Shown: positions 17,302 to 27,015 of the stretch, piece after piece
Numbering within the stretch: the first letter of the stretch is position 1
Layout: every line of letters begins with the position of its first letter
IMG/VR virus record: IMGVR_UViG_3300032280_000442
Coordinates: 96,001-160,000 of that record
Strand: one strand, 5' to 3'
Source: a virus
Taxonomy: Duplodnaviria; Caudoviricetes
DNA: 64,000 nucleotides
The notes under the pieces: model-generated
Told to the model about the DNA's origin: nothing
Database searches by the model: none
Seen by the model: the letters and a program-made list of their open reading frames with translations, nothing else
Made by a program: the position numbers and the translations under genes

Positions 17302-17617
17302 TGATTAGATTCGTTGCTAAATCTTTTAATTGCCCCTCCATTTGAACACCTGTTTTAGAATCCACAACATCACCATTGTTGAATACTTTAATTGTTGGGA
17401 CCGCTCTAACACCATATTTCACAGCAATATCTCTATTGTTTTCAACATCCATAGTGTATAATTGAACAGGGGAGTTATTATTTCGGTATTGTTCCGCTAA
17501 TTTTTCAAAAGTTGGTTTCATCATTTTGCAGGGACCACACCAGCTGGCGTGGAAGTCCACAATTAATTTTTCACCATTTGCAATTTTTTTTGTTAATTCT
17601 TCTGTTGTAATTTCCAT
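17294..17617 (-). CDS. trxA: Thioredoxin
   Basis: VDFHASWCGPCK, VRAVPT. Confidence 0.95.
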   Translation of the reverse strand: MEITTEELTKKIANGEKLIVDFHASWCGPCKMMKPTFEKLAEQYRNNNSPVQLYTMDVENNRDIAVKYGVRAVPTIKVFNNGDVVDSKTGVQMEGQLKDLATNLING

Positions 17618-17619
17618 AC

Positions 17620-17940
17620 TTAATCTTTTTTTGTTAATCTTTTTAATTGTAGTAACAAATACTCTACTACGTTTTGTTTATCCACTCTTGTTAAAATAAA
17701 TATCTTAGTTTGTGACTTCCGTAAAATTAAAATACCGGTCGCATCATATTCGTATAATCTATCTTTATAAACTATATCGTGTTCATTATTTACAAAATAA
17801 TCAAACCATAGTAAAAGTGATTTACTTAATAATTTATCCGTGTCTTCATTAGACATCGTTGGATACACTTCAATAATACTAGGTTGTGCTAAAAATCTAG
17901 CTTTAAATGTATCTATACAATTTTGTGGTATCTCTTTCAT
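17620..17940 (-). CDS. Hypothetical protein
   Basis: 106 aa ORF in operon. Confidence 0.7.
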   Translation of the reverse strand: MKEIPQNCIDTFKARFLAQPSIIEVYPTMSNEDTDKLLSKSLLLWFDYFVNNEHDIVYKDRLYEYDATGILILRKSQTKIFILTRVDKQNVVEYLLLQLKRLTKKD

Positions 17941-17942
17941 AT

Positions 17943-19697
17943 TTAAAGTGGTAATTCATCATCCCAATTATGAACAGGGACAAGGTTATAATTATTATAC
18001 GAATTTAATTCCATAATTGAATTGTTTTCCCAACATAATTTCATTTCAGTTAGGTCTTTTCCGGTTTTAGTTACAGAATATCTTGTAACTTCTTTTGTCC
18101 CCCAATCAGAAAACAATTTCTTATGTTTAAATTCACCTTCAATCTGTAATGTATCAAACAAATCCTCATATTGGTCAATTTTATTATCCAATTTGATTAA
18201 TGCGTCATCCCAACTTTCATCCAATCTATCATTACGTTTACCCAAAGTTTGAACTCTCTCTAACTCAAAAACATTATCTTGTGAACACAATGTAATACGA
18301 TATTCAATTGACGCTCTCTCTTCAGTTTCACCTTGACCTCGTCTCATAGATATTAATAAGGAATCAATTCTTCTAATATATGTCTTAACACAATTGGATT
18401 GGAATGATGACTCGTTGTTGTATCTTTTGGATGTTGTTAATACTTCCGGATAGTATGGACCATCTTTGGTTAAGATAACCTCATTCACCTTATCCACAAA
18501 CTCTTGGTTGTAGATTCTAGTAAAGTCACCATTGGTATAATGGTTGTATTTCTCTGACCAATCGTAGTGTTCTTGAACAAACTCATCGTGAGTTCTTGAT
18601 GTCCATTTAACAGGTTCCATTTGGTCTAACAAACGATAAAATCTAAAGTGGTCATCAATTACATTATAGTTAATCAATCCTTTTTGAAATAATTTATATA
18701 TCTCAAAAAAATTGGAGAACTCTTTTTTTGTTAATAACCATTTTCCAATATTATTATGAAACGTACTTTGTTTATTATGTTCCAACAATAATTGAACAAA
18801 CTCATCCGGTTGATTTAAAATAAACTTCTCACCAAATATTGAACAAGCGTTATTAAAATTAAGGACACCATCAAATGATTTAACATTATGTAATGCTCGT
18901 TTAACTTTATCCCCCTTTAAATTATGAACCCTCATTAAAGCATCAATATACTTATATCCACACTTTACCAAATCTTTCTTCTTTGGTTGGGGGTAAGTTT
19001 TCATAAGTTCAAACCAATTGTTTGGCATTTTAGTTCCTTGAGCATCCAAATATCTTTTATAGATTCTTTGTTCAGGAAGTAAGTCGGCATATAATTCAGT
19101 TCCGGGAATTGCATTAACAAAGGTTGAGATTACCTGATTGATAATTGTTGGAATATCAACTTTATCTTTATCAACAATAGTATTCAATCCATCTCTTAAA
19201 TATCGTCGCATATTATTAATAGGGTCATTATTAAACATAACTCTACTAACTCTTTTACGACATTTTCTTTTCAAATGGTAGTTATCTAATGAACCGGTGT
19301 ATAACGCATTTGTTTTATAGTTAAAAGTAATAAATTTACAATTGGTCTGAACTTTAAACCACTTACCAGCAACTCGTCTTCTTTTAATATAACTGAATAC
19401 TTTGAATGAAACTTTATCATTCTCTTTAGTCACACAAACAATTACTCTATTAAAAAATAATGAAGCAAGTGGATTTCCGTAATGTTCTACAAATTTTTCT
19501 TCTGTATCATAATCCGCTTTAAAAGTATAGTCACCCCAAGGCGTATAACTTGTATGTTTAGTTGAAATCAGATTAGTTTCAACTAAACCCCAAAAATCAT
19601 CATCAACCTCTTTTATAAGAGGACGAATAGGATTGGTATCCAAGTATTCGGATACTTGATACCTCTTTACGGTATAGTTAAATAATTCTTCTTTCAT
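17943..19697 (-). CDS. PcfJ-like domain protein
   Basis: HD..S, ESSFQSNCVKTY, RASIEY, VQTLGKRN; start reassigned to MKEELF downstream of promoter 19716-19747. Confidence 0.7.
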   Translation of the reverse strand: MKEELFNYTVKRYQVSEYLDTNPIRPLIKEVDDDFWGLVETNLISTKHTSYTPWGDYTFKADYDTEEKFVEHYGNPLASLFFNRVIVCVTKENDKVSFKVFSYIKRRRVAGKWFKVQTNCKFITFNYKTNALYTGSLDNYHLKRKCRKRVSRVMFNNDPINNMRRYLRDGLNTIVDKDKVDIPTIINQVISTFVNAIPGTELYADLLPEQRIYKRYLDAQGTKMPNNWFELMKTYPQPKKKDLVKCGYKYIDALMRVHNLKGDKVKRALHNVKSFDGVLNFNNACSIFGEKFILNQPDEFVQLLLEHNKQSTFHNNIGKWLLTKKEFSNFFEIYKLFQKGLINYNVIDDHFRFYRLLDQMEPVKWTSRTHDEFVQEHYDWSEKYNHYTNGDFTRIYNQEFVDKVNEVILTKDGPYYPEVLTTSKRYNNESSFQSNCVKTYIRRIDSLLISMRRGQGETEERASIEYRITLCSQDNVFELERVQTLGKRNDRLDESWDDALIKLDNKIDQYEDLFDTLQIEGEFKHKKLFSDWGTKEVTRYSVTKTGKDLTEMKLCWENNSIMELNSYNNYNLVPVHNWDDELPL

Positions 19698-19747
19698 CAG
19701 GTTTATTTTGAACCACAAAAGTAAGACATTAAATTTGAATATACAAA

Positions 19748-20038
19748 TTAATTAAGGGAAAAGTGTGCGAATTGTGTGTGATAAATTAAAGATTTAATCT
19801 TATCCATATCAATCTCATCGTTTTGAGATTTTTTAAGTTCCACAACAATAGATATGATTTGTTTTTGAGTTAAGGAAACATCCTCTCCGTTCTCAATATT
19901 ATCTAATGATTGTTGTTTTACTCTGTCGTAGAAGTCATCCTTTAAAACATCCCCAATTAACTGAAGTAAGTCATTGGGGTTGTTGTTAAAGAAAGTTATA
20001 AATTGATTAATGTAGATTTCAACGTCAACATTTTTCAT
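19748..20038 (-). CDS. Hypothetical protein
   Basis: 96 aa ORF. Confidence 0.75.
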   Translation of the reverse strand: MKNVDVEIYINQFITFFNNNPNDLLQLIGDVLKDDFYDRVKQQSLDNIENGEDVSLTQKQIISIVVELKKSQNDEIDMDKIKSLIYHTQFAHFSLN

Positions 20039-20055
20039 AGTAGTAATTTTTTAAA

Positions 20056-21450
20056 TTATTCTTCCATATGGTAGAAACCGTCACCTGAATTGTATTTTTC
20101 TAACGATTCAGGAACTTTAACATTCGGACATCTACTTACATTTAAAAATGTAAGATTTGGTAGTGTTGTAACACACTCAGGAATTGTTCTCAATTCTTTG
20201 TTGCCAGGGAAAGCTAAGAACACTAAGTTTTTTAATTCACAGATTGAATCCGGAACTTTACTAATCATATTTTCAAACAAAATAGCCGTTAACGATGTGA
20301 ATCGACTGATTGTGTCCGGAACATCAATATTAACAGTTTCATTTGACGTGTTAATAATATTTAATCTTTTGATTGTTGTTGGTAGTGAGTTGAACAATTC
20401 TTCAAAACCATATAATGCTACGAACTTACCTGTTGCGGAGTCCGGATATTTAATCTCAACATTATCCGAATTTGGTTTAACAAATCCTGCAGCAAATTCA
20501 GGTTTGAATATTTCTTTAAACTCAGACCATTTTCCATTTAAATACTCAACAACCGGGATGTTACCTCCGTGTTGGTTAGCAAATTTAAATTGGTTTGATG
20601 GGAAGTGGAATTGATATCTTTCAGATGGCAATCCTGTAACCTCACCTACTTTACCTTTATCATCATTAGCGATGAAGATATATAACGGACCTTGATTTCT
20701 ATAAGTGTTTGAATAACTTGAGTTTTCTGCCGCAGTACACCAATTGGTTTCACCTCTATCAAGACCACCATTATAACCCCCAAAATAAGATGCCGCCTTA
20801 GAACCTAAAGCCCCTTTGTCAGCAATTTTGATTAAGGTATATTCAGAACCAACTTTTAAGATTTCAGCACCAGGAATATTATAGTTTGTGTTAACCGCAG
20901 CTCCTGCCTCTTTCTTAACTTTTTTACCACGATACATATTTAAATCAACAGTTTCACCATCGCCCACCTTAACTTTTAAGTGAGATAAGTCATTCAATGA
21001 TTTAACATTATTAATGTCTTTTTTAGAGGCATCCTCTAAACTACCTTTAAATCTATCGTATTTCACCAATAACTCAGTGAATTGAGATAAATCTTCTAAG
21101 AAAAGTCTTCTGTATTCGTTTGCTTTTGCTTTATATTCGTCAGAACCAACTTCAATTGGTTCGTTAGTTACTTCTCTAGTAAGGTTTGGTTTAACAAATA
21201 GATTCAATAACCATTGAGTATATTTACCAACTTTAACCTTGTCACTTGTCATATCTTCAACAGACGCAGCTTCTTTGTCATAGTTCTCAGGAACTCTTGT
21301 TGTAGGGTCAGCAAAAACTATTTGCTTAACAACCTCAAATGGTAAAATACCTTTTTTTCTCTCACCACTAGGTAAAACATATTTCTTGTATAATATTTGA
21401 AAACGAGCGTCTTCAGTAATTAAGTTCGATAATACTTTTGTAATCTTCAT
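20056..21450 (-). CDS. LITE-leader protein with TNWC domain and C-terminal leucine-rich repeats
   Basis: KYTQWLL, AASYFG..TNWCTAA..GPLYI..RYQFHF; LRR-like VPDSICELKNL, IPECVTTLPNL. Confidence 0.7.
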   Translation of the reverse strand: MKITKVLSNLITEDARFQILYKKYVLPSGERKKGILPFEVVKQIVFADPTTRVPENYDKEAASVEDMTSDKVKVGKYTQWLLNLFVKPNLTREVTNEPIEVGSDEYKAKANEYRRLFLEDLSQFTELLVKYDRFKGSLEDASKKDINNVKSLNDLSHLKVKVGDGETVDLNMYRGKKVKKEAGAAVNTNYNIPGAEILKVGSEYTLIKIADKGALGSKAASYFGGYNGGLDRGETNWCTAAENSSYSNTYRNQGPLYIFIANDDKGKVGEVTGLPSERYQFHFPSNQFKFANQHGGNIPVVEYLNGKWSEFKEIFKPEFAAGFVKPNSDNVEIKYPDSATGKFVALYGFEELFNSLPTTIKRLNIINTSNETVNIDVPDTISRFTSLTAILFENMISKVPDSICELKNLVFLAFPGNKELRTIPECVTTLPNLTFLNVSRCPNVKVPESLEKYNSGDGFYHMEE

Positions 21451-21525
21451 TTTAATTGTTTTTATTATAAATATTTGTTTTTTGTAAATAATTCATCAAA
21501 CATCACTTACTTTTGTTTGAGTTGA

Positions 21526-21556
21526 CAAAGATAATACTTATTTTTTATAACACAAA
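21526..21556 (-). promoter_or_regulatory. Bacteroidota sigmaA promoter
   Basis: TTTG 21553-21556, N19, TATCTTTG 21526-21533. Confidence 0.75.
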
Positions 21557-22414
21557 CTATTTTTGGTAATTCATAATTAGAAGTTCTTCCCCCATATTTT
21601 GAGTTTTTCCCTTCTTAGCCGCTGCCGCCTTAGCAAACTCTTTCTTCTCCCACACATACTGAAGTTGTGGGAACCAAGTGTGTAATTGGGGGAAATCATA
21701 ATAAGATAATGAGAACTTCCCTTGAATACCTTTTAAACAATTCGCCAATCTCTCGTGGTCCTCTCTTCCAAAATCGTGATTTGAATAATAACTACCTTCA
21801 CCCACAATATAATACGGTGGGTCAACATAAAAATAAGTTGTAGGTGAGTCATATTTTTCAATCACTTCTTGGAAATCCATATTCTCCACAAAAGTAATCC
21901 TTTCAAACATTTTTTGCCAATCCGGATTCTTTAATTTATTTTTAAATGAGGTGAATTTTGAATGATACTTACCTTTTAAATCTATAAATTTTGATTTGGA
22001 TGGGTTAGCCCCCGAAAACACTTGAGTTAAAACATAAATGTATTTTGCTGCAACAACATAATCATAAGCCTCTACTCTGAAATTATCATCAAATATTTCA
22101 GCTTGAAACCTGATAAATTGTTCACAACAAATTGGATTTGTCGGAAAAACATTTTTTTCCTGAACAATAAACTTTTCACATTCTTCAAGTAATCTTTGAT
22201 GGTTCTTTAAACATTGATACATATTATAATTCAACGGATTAAAATCATTATAAATCACCGTTTTGAGATTTGGGTAATTTTCCAATTTCATTTTAAAAAA
22301 TGTCCAAAATTGACCACTAAAGGGTTCTATAAATGTCTCAATATCTTTAGGGATATTTGGAATTATTAATTGTGGGGCAATTTTAGACTTACCCCCTACA
22401 TAGGATACACACAT
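21557..22414 (-). CDS. dam: Dam-like (D12 class) N6-adenine DNA methyltransferase
   Basis: YVGGKS, EPFSG, YND, YVDPPY, ELLIMNY. Confidence 0.9.
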   Translation of the reverse strand: MCVSYVGGKSKIAPQLIIPNIPKDIETFIEPFSGQFWTFFKMKLENYPNLKTVIYNDFNPLNYNMYQCLKNHQRLLEECEKFIVQEKNVFPTNPICCEQFIRFQAEIFDDNFRVEAYDYVVAAKYIYVLTQVFSGANPSKSKFIDLKGKYHSKFTSFKNKLKNPDWQKMFERITFVENMDFQEVIEKYDSPTTYFYVDPPYYIVGEGSYYSNHDFGREDHERLANCLKGIQGKFSLSYYDFPQLHTWFPQLQYVWEKKEFAKAAAAKKGKTQNMGEELLIMNYQK

Positions 22415-22415
22415 A

Positions 22416-23195
22416 TTATTTAAATTTTTCTTTTTTTCTTTTTAGGTAATAATCATTAGATGAATTATATAAAATATTTTTAATTAATTCAATATCTAAT
22501 TTTGAATTTACCTGAATTGAGTGAATATTTTTCTTTTTACTTATTTTAGGTGTTGTTTTCATTCCTTTATTTTTAAAAAAATTTAAAACCCATACTAATA
22601 ATTCGTTTGTCCCTAATAAACTAAATTTAAGTCTACCACCATATTTACCAATAGACCCATCCCCATCAAAATAACCTCTAATAAAATGAGGAATAAATTT
22701 ATCTTTCAAATTAGGAGGCATTAATATTAAACTTTTATTCGGAATACATCCTAAATTAATTAAATCATCAGCCATTTTTGAACTATTAACTTCTAACTTA
22801 TAACTTAAAAATTCATCTTTAATTTGTTTAGTAAGTTTATATGTTGACCCCAAATCAATGATTAATTTTTCTAACAAATATTCATCCCCATTTTTTAATG
22901 ATATCCCAACAGTTCCACCTTGTTTATGTTTTCCGTTAAATTGTTTTCGTTTTCTAACATACCCGTCGGCAAATAATAAACCTAACCAATACGCTTTTTC
23001 ATTACTATCTATTTTTTCAAAATAGTCTTCATTACAATTATGTTTACGGATTCTACTTTTAATATTATTTTTCCTTAAAACATTTCCAATACTCCAAGTA
23101 CAAATATTATATTTTTCAGATAATAAATTATAAGACAAACCTAATAAATAATCATCACAAATATTACCACAATCAATTTCAGTCAATTTTATCAT
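22416..23195 (-). CDS. LAGLIDADG homing endonuclease (two motifs)
   Basis: AYWLGLLFADG and FIRGYFDGDG; N-terminal HTH-like segment. Confidence 0.92.
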   Translation of the reverse strand: MIKLTEIDCGNICDDYLLGLSYNLLSEKYNICTWSIGNVLRKNNIKSRIRKHNCNEDYFEKIDSNEKAYWLGLLFADGYVRKRKQFNGKHKQGGTVGISLKNGDEYLLEKLIIDLGSTYKLTKQIKDEFLSYKLEVNSSKMADDLINLGCIPNKSLILMPPNLKDKFIPHFIRGYFDGDGSIGKYGGRLKFSLLGTNELLVWVLNFFKNKGMKTTPKISKKKNIHSIQVNSKLDIELIKNILYNSSNDYYLKRKKEKFK

Positions 23196-23340
23196 AATAA
23201 TCTTTAACTAATTTTTGAATAAACTTGGAAACACTAATCCCCTCGTTTTTCATCTTATCAAAAAGATGTTGGTCAATACTTATCCCGTATTTAACTTTTT
23301 TATCTTTATCTTCTTTATTAGGTCTTCCTATCTTTCCCAT
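23179..23340 (-). CDS. 53-aa ribbon-helix-helix-like protein
   Basis: Manually translated MGKIGRPNKEDKDKKVKYGISIDQHLFDKMKNEGISVSKFIQKLVKDYYDKID; overlaps LAGLIDADG start; TATTTATA at 23345-23352. Confidence 0.7.
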   Translation of the reverse strand: MGKIGRPNKEDKDKKVKYGISIDQHLFDKMKNEGISVSKFIQKLVKDYYDKID

Positions 23341-23456
23341 ATATTATAAATATAACAAAGTATAGTAAAAGTGCGTTAAAAAGTAAAGTTTTTTTTAAAA
23401 AAAATATAGTTTCACATTCAATTTTTTTTTACTATATTTGTGGTAAATTAATATTT

Positions 23457-23681
23457 ATGAATATGAAAGAATCAATAGAAACTCAGATTATCGAAGAGAA
23501 AGATATTATTGAGATTACTCCGGACCAAGTAGAACAACCTGAAAAAGAATGTAAGACGTGTAAACAAAAAAAAATAACTAATGGTCAATTAGCTATGTTA
23601 ATATCTTCTTTTTATATTTTATTCTCTTCAATATACGGAACTATAAAATTAATCAAAGAATTAATAAATTATCTTCAATAA
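23457..23681 (+). CDS. Small membrane protein with CxxC
   Basis: CKTC plus one TM helix; TATATTTG at 23433-23440. Confidence 0.7.
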   Translation: MNMKESIETQIIEEKDIIEITPDQVEQPEKECKTCKQKKITNGQLAMLISSFYILFSSIYGTIKLIKELINYLQ

Positions 23682-23704
23682 AAAAGAAACCCCTTTTATA
23701 GGGG

Positions 23705-24616
23705 TTATCTTTTAAATTTCACAAATAGTTTTATATATAAATCACCTCTACCGTGATATCCTTTACTTTTAACTCTTAATGGTTTTGACGTATCAAATTC
23801 ACCCGGTAACTTAATTGAAATCTCACCTAATGGATGAGGAACTTTAACACTATCCTGTTTTAACGAATTTAAATCAAAATAAGCATTATATATTAAATCA
23901 TCCATAGATTTTTCAAAATTATTTTCAGGAACAATTTTAACTTTAACCACTAAATTACCATACATCCCATCTTTATAATCACCTTTACCTTGAACACGTA
24001 AGAATTGTCCTTCATCAATTCCGTTAGGTAATTTAATTGATATTGTTTCAACACTAGATGTTGTAGTACTACCGTGACAGGTTCCACAAGTTGTTTTATA
24101 AGAAAATCCTCTACCACCACAAGAACCACAACTTTGTCTAATTATTTGAGTAAACAATCCGGTTCCTATTTGTTGAGTAATCACACCTTGTCCTCCACAA
24201 GTTGAACAGTTTATTCTTTCCCCTCCAGAACCATTACATCCTCCACAATTATGATTTCTAGTATATGTGATATTTTTTTCACCACCTTTATAAGATTCTA
24301 CAGCACCAACAACAACTTCAATAATTTTATCAGGAACTGCTCGTTTTCTTTGAGTGTGCATTTGATTAAACATATCTTCAAAAGGATTAAATCCTCCACC
24401 ACCCATATTAGCAAATGGGTTTCTTTTTTGATTATCGTATTGAGTTCGTTTATTTTGGTCACCTATCGTATCATACGCCTCTGAAATTTTTTTAAACTTA
24501 TTTTCATCACCACCCTTGTCCGGATGATGTTCAACCGCTAACTTTCTATAAGCTTTTTTTATTTCGTCTTGTGAGGCATTTTCACTAACACCTAATATTT
24601 GATAAAAATCTTCCAT
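23705..24616 (-). CDS. dnaJ: DnaJ chaperone
   Basis: J domain with HPD, four CxxCxGxG-type repeats, C-terminal GDLY. Confidence 0.95.
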   Translation of the reverse strand: MEDFYQILGVSENASQDEIKKAYRKLAVEHHPDKGGDENKFKKISEAYDTIGDQNKRTQYDNQKRNPFANMGGGGFNPFEDMFNQMHTQRKRAVPDKIIEVVVGAVESYKGGEKNITYTRNHNCGGCNGSGGERINCSTCGGQGVITQQIGTGLFTQIIRQSCGSCGGRGFSYKTTCGTCHGSTTTSSVETISIKLPNGIDEGQFLRVQGKGDYKDGMYGNLVVKVKIVPENNFEKSMDDLIYNAYFDLNSLKQDSVKVPHPLGEISIKLPGEFDTSKPLRVKSKGYHGRGDLYIKLFVKFKR

Positions 24617-24654
24617 TCTTTACTTAGTTTATATTTAAAGTTAAATTATATATT

Positions 24655-25299
24655 ATGAATTATTTAATTGTTCTATTCAAAAATAAAGTAAAAAAGAAAA
24701 TAATCAAGAAATTTAAGACCTCAAATAGAGCAAATAGTTTCTACGAATCTTTATTGGAAACTAGTAATAACGTTATTTTTGATAAACAATACGAAAATGG
24801 ATTTTTATCTAATTATGAAATAGCAATACTTGAGAAGGTATCCGGTACTTTTTTACCTGTATTTTTAAAAGATGAGTTTGGAAGAAACATTAAAGTAAAC
24901 TTAGATGATGAGGATTTTTCTATTAAAAAAATTAACCCGTATCATATTGATGAATTTATTTTAGACACTACCTTAAATAAAAAAATAAACCCTAAGGAGT
25001 TTATTAAGTTATATTTAGACCCATCAGGATTTAAATTAATATCCAAATTAAATAATAAAATTGTTGTTCAAAATGATGATAAATTTAATTTATTTACTTT
25101 AAAGAATGATTATGACTCAAGCAGATTTATTGATTCGATATCAGAATTCTTTATGAGTCAAAAACGATTTGATTGTATGTTTGTTAAAGATTATTCAAAC
25201 GCTCAAAGAAAATATCTTTACAACTTATTAATTGAAAATGGGTTTTCTAAGTCTTACTTACAACGTCAGACAACGACCCATCCTTCAATAAAAACATAA
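24655..25299 (+). CDS. Hypothetical protein
   Basis: 214 aa ORF. Confidence 0.75.
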   Translation: MNYLIVLFKNKVKKKIIKKFKTSNRANSFYESLLETSNNVIFDKQYENGFLSNYEIAILEKVSGTFLPVFLKDEFGRNIKVNLDDEDFSIKKINPYHIDEFILDTTLNKKINPKEFIKLYLDPSGFKLISKLNNKIVVQNDDKFNLFTLKNDYDSSRFIDSISEFFMSQKRFDCMFVKDYSNAQRKYLYNLLIENGFSKSYLQRQTTTHPSIKT

Positions 25300-25501
25300 A
25301 CTCAACTCCGGACATATCAATTTTAAATTGAGTAAAATTCCTATCAACATCTCTGAAGTTTTTTTGAACTTTTTTATAATCGTCATACTTAAGTTCCATA
25401 GCAATAGCCATAACCCCATCAGGAAATAATGTTTGCAATCCATCAGCAACAAGTGCCAATTTTTCTATTACCCCATCAATACTTTGTGTAGTCTCTCCCA
25501 T
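25247..25501 (-). CDS. Hypothetical protein
   Basis: 84 aa ORF in overlapping operon. Confidence 0.65.
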   Translation of the reverse strand: MGETTQSIDGVIEKLALVADGLQTLFPDGVMAIAMELKYDDYKKVQKNFRDVDRNFTQFKIDMSGVEFMFLLKDGSLSDVVSKT

Positions 25502-25665
25502 AATGTTAATTTTTTAGGTGGTTCAGGTGGTTTTGGAAGAATATCTTCTTTTTTTATTTGTTTAATTTTATTAGCAAAATTCTCTTTATCTCTATCTAAG
25601 ATAATTTTATTTTTGATAATGTCTTTATTCAGTAACTCCAATTCCTTTAACGCTTTCTTCTCCAT
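25468..25665 (-). CDS. Small basic hypothetical protein
   Basis: 65 aa; KKLTLWERL C-terminus. Confidence 0.65.
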   Translation of the reverse strand: MEKKALKELELLNKDIIKNKIILDRDKENFANKIKQIKKEDILPKPPEPPKKLTLWERLHKVLMG

Positions 25666-26056
25666 CGTCTAATTTTATTTTAGTAACTTTTGGTTTCATT
25701 TCAAAACTTAAATCTTTTAAATTGTTTAAGTTTTGTTTTTCAAAAATAGATTTTAATTCATTAACTTTATTTTGAAATAATTTATCTTTTTCTTCTAATT
25801 CAAGGTTGTATCGAATAATGTTTTTAAGATTGTCCGAGATTACTCCTACACTTTCTTCCGATATTTCAGACACAAAAGAAAAAAATCTATGATTTTCAAT
25901 TTTACTTGTTTGTTCCATCACCTTTTCTTCATCAACATATTTTTTAGGTAATTTCCAAGTTGTTGGAAAACTAACGTCAAAACTTAAATAGTTTTCTAAT
26001 TTTCTAACTGACTGTAAATAAGGTAAAAGAGATGAAAATTCTTTATATAAACTCAT
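25625..26056 (-). CDS. Hypothetical protein
   Basis: 143 aa ORF. Confidence 0.75.
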   Translation of the reverse strand: MSLYKEFSSLLPYLQSVRKLENYLSFDVSFPTTWKLPKKYVDEEKVMEQTSKIENHRFFSFVSEISEESVGVISDNLKNIIRYNLELEEKDKLFQNKVNELKSIFEKQNLNNLKDLSFEMKPKVTKIKLDDGEESVKGIGVTE

Positions 26057-26058
26057 AA

Positions 26059-26247
26059 TTAATTTTTAATAATAAATGTTAAGCAATACGATATTGCGAA
26101 TCCAAGAAACATAAGTTCCCATTTATTCCATACCATTGGTTTTGGCGGGTTTGAAAATAGGGAACTTATTATTCTACCAACTGTTCTTAAAACAGTTAAA
26201 ACAGAAAAGATAAATACAAATAAAAATACTGTATTAATATTATCCAT
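26059..26247 (-). CDS. Small two-TM membrane protein
   Basis: Two hydrophobic helices. Confidence 0.7.
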   Translation of the reverse strand: MDNINTVFLFVFIFSVLTVLRTVGRIISSLFSNPPKPMVWNKWELMFLGFAISYCLTFIIKN

Positions 26248-26249
26248 TA

Positions 26250-26423
26250 TTAGTCTTTTTTTCTTTCAGATAAAATCTCTTTTCTTAGACTATCTAATAA
26301 TTTTTTTAAATCCTGTGCAGATTTTCTAGCTCTTGTTCCGGCACTATTGTTACCCCCAAAAAACTTTGTTGTGTCAACTGATAATTCTTCAACCAATGAC
26401 TTAATTTGTTCTAATGTTTCCAT
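26250..26423 (-). CDS. Histone H1-like (Hc1-type) small protein
   Basis: Manually translated METLEQIKSLVEELSVDTTKFFGGNNSAGTRARKSAQDLKKLLDSLRKEILSERKKD; GNxxAGTRARK motif. Confidence 0.8.
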   Translation of the reverse strand: METLEQIKSLVEELSVDTTKFFGGNNSAGTRARKSAQDLKKLLDSLRKEILSERKKD

Positions 26424-26504
26424 CTGAATAATTTTAGTTAATTTATTTTTTATAATACTGTAAAAGTAATTTTTTTTACCCTATAGTAAATACTAACAAG
26501 GTTT

Positions 26505-26969
26505 TTAATGATTTAAATACTTATCTAATAATTTATAAATGGTAGTTATCATATCTAAATCAGATTTAGTAAATGACTTTTCATTATTAAATAAGTCAGT
26601 AAAAAAAAATCCTATGGAAGATTTAACTTTAGTATCTTTTTGATTATAAAACGTTTCATCAAAAAATGATTCAAAATAATCAAAGTGTTCTCCTTTTTTA
26701 TTAAACTTAATATTTTCTTTACTAAAATTATCAATAAGTTTGTTCCAACACCATTCAAAGTGATTTCTATCATCATCTTCAGTTAAAATGATTTTAGTTT
26801 CATTAATTTCACTTTCACCTAAATAAGTGTTAAATATAAGATTGTTAAGGGAATGCGTAAAATCAGAATATAATTCCAATTTTTCCGATATTATATTATT
26901 ACTTCGGAACCAAACGTCAACGTCTTCCCGTAATAAAGGTTTTGATATGTAGTTAAAAAAATTCTCCAT
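26505..26969 (-). CDS. Hypothetical protein
   Basis: 154 aa ORF; ATG inside a 10-bp inverted repeat. Confidence 0.75.
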   Translation of the reverse strand: MENFFNYISKPLLREDVDVWFRSNNIISEKLELYSDFTHSLNNLIFNTYLGESEINETKIILTEDDDRNHFEWCWNKLIDNFSKENIKFNKKGEHFDYFESFFDETFYNQKDTKVKSSIGFFFTDLFNNEKSFTKSDLDMITTIYKLLDKYLNH

Positions 26970-27015
26970 AGAGTTATCTATGGAGAAATAATAAGTTATA
27001 ATATTTTTTTGTAAA

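Noticed and set aside
10524-22414. Restriction-modification systems around the two methyltransferases
   Set aside because: No recognisable cognate restriction endonuclease; best read as orphan protective MTases
21557-23195. Group I intron or intein around the LAGLIDADG ORF (likewise the GIY-YIG ORF)
   Set aside because: dam appears intact from its N-terminal GGKS motif; no flanking non-coding space for an intron core and no intein termini
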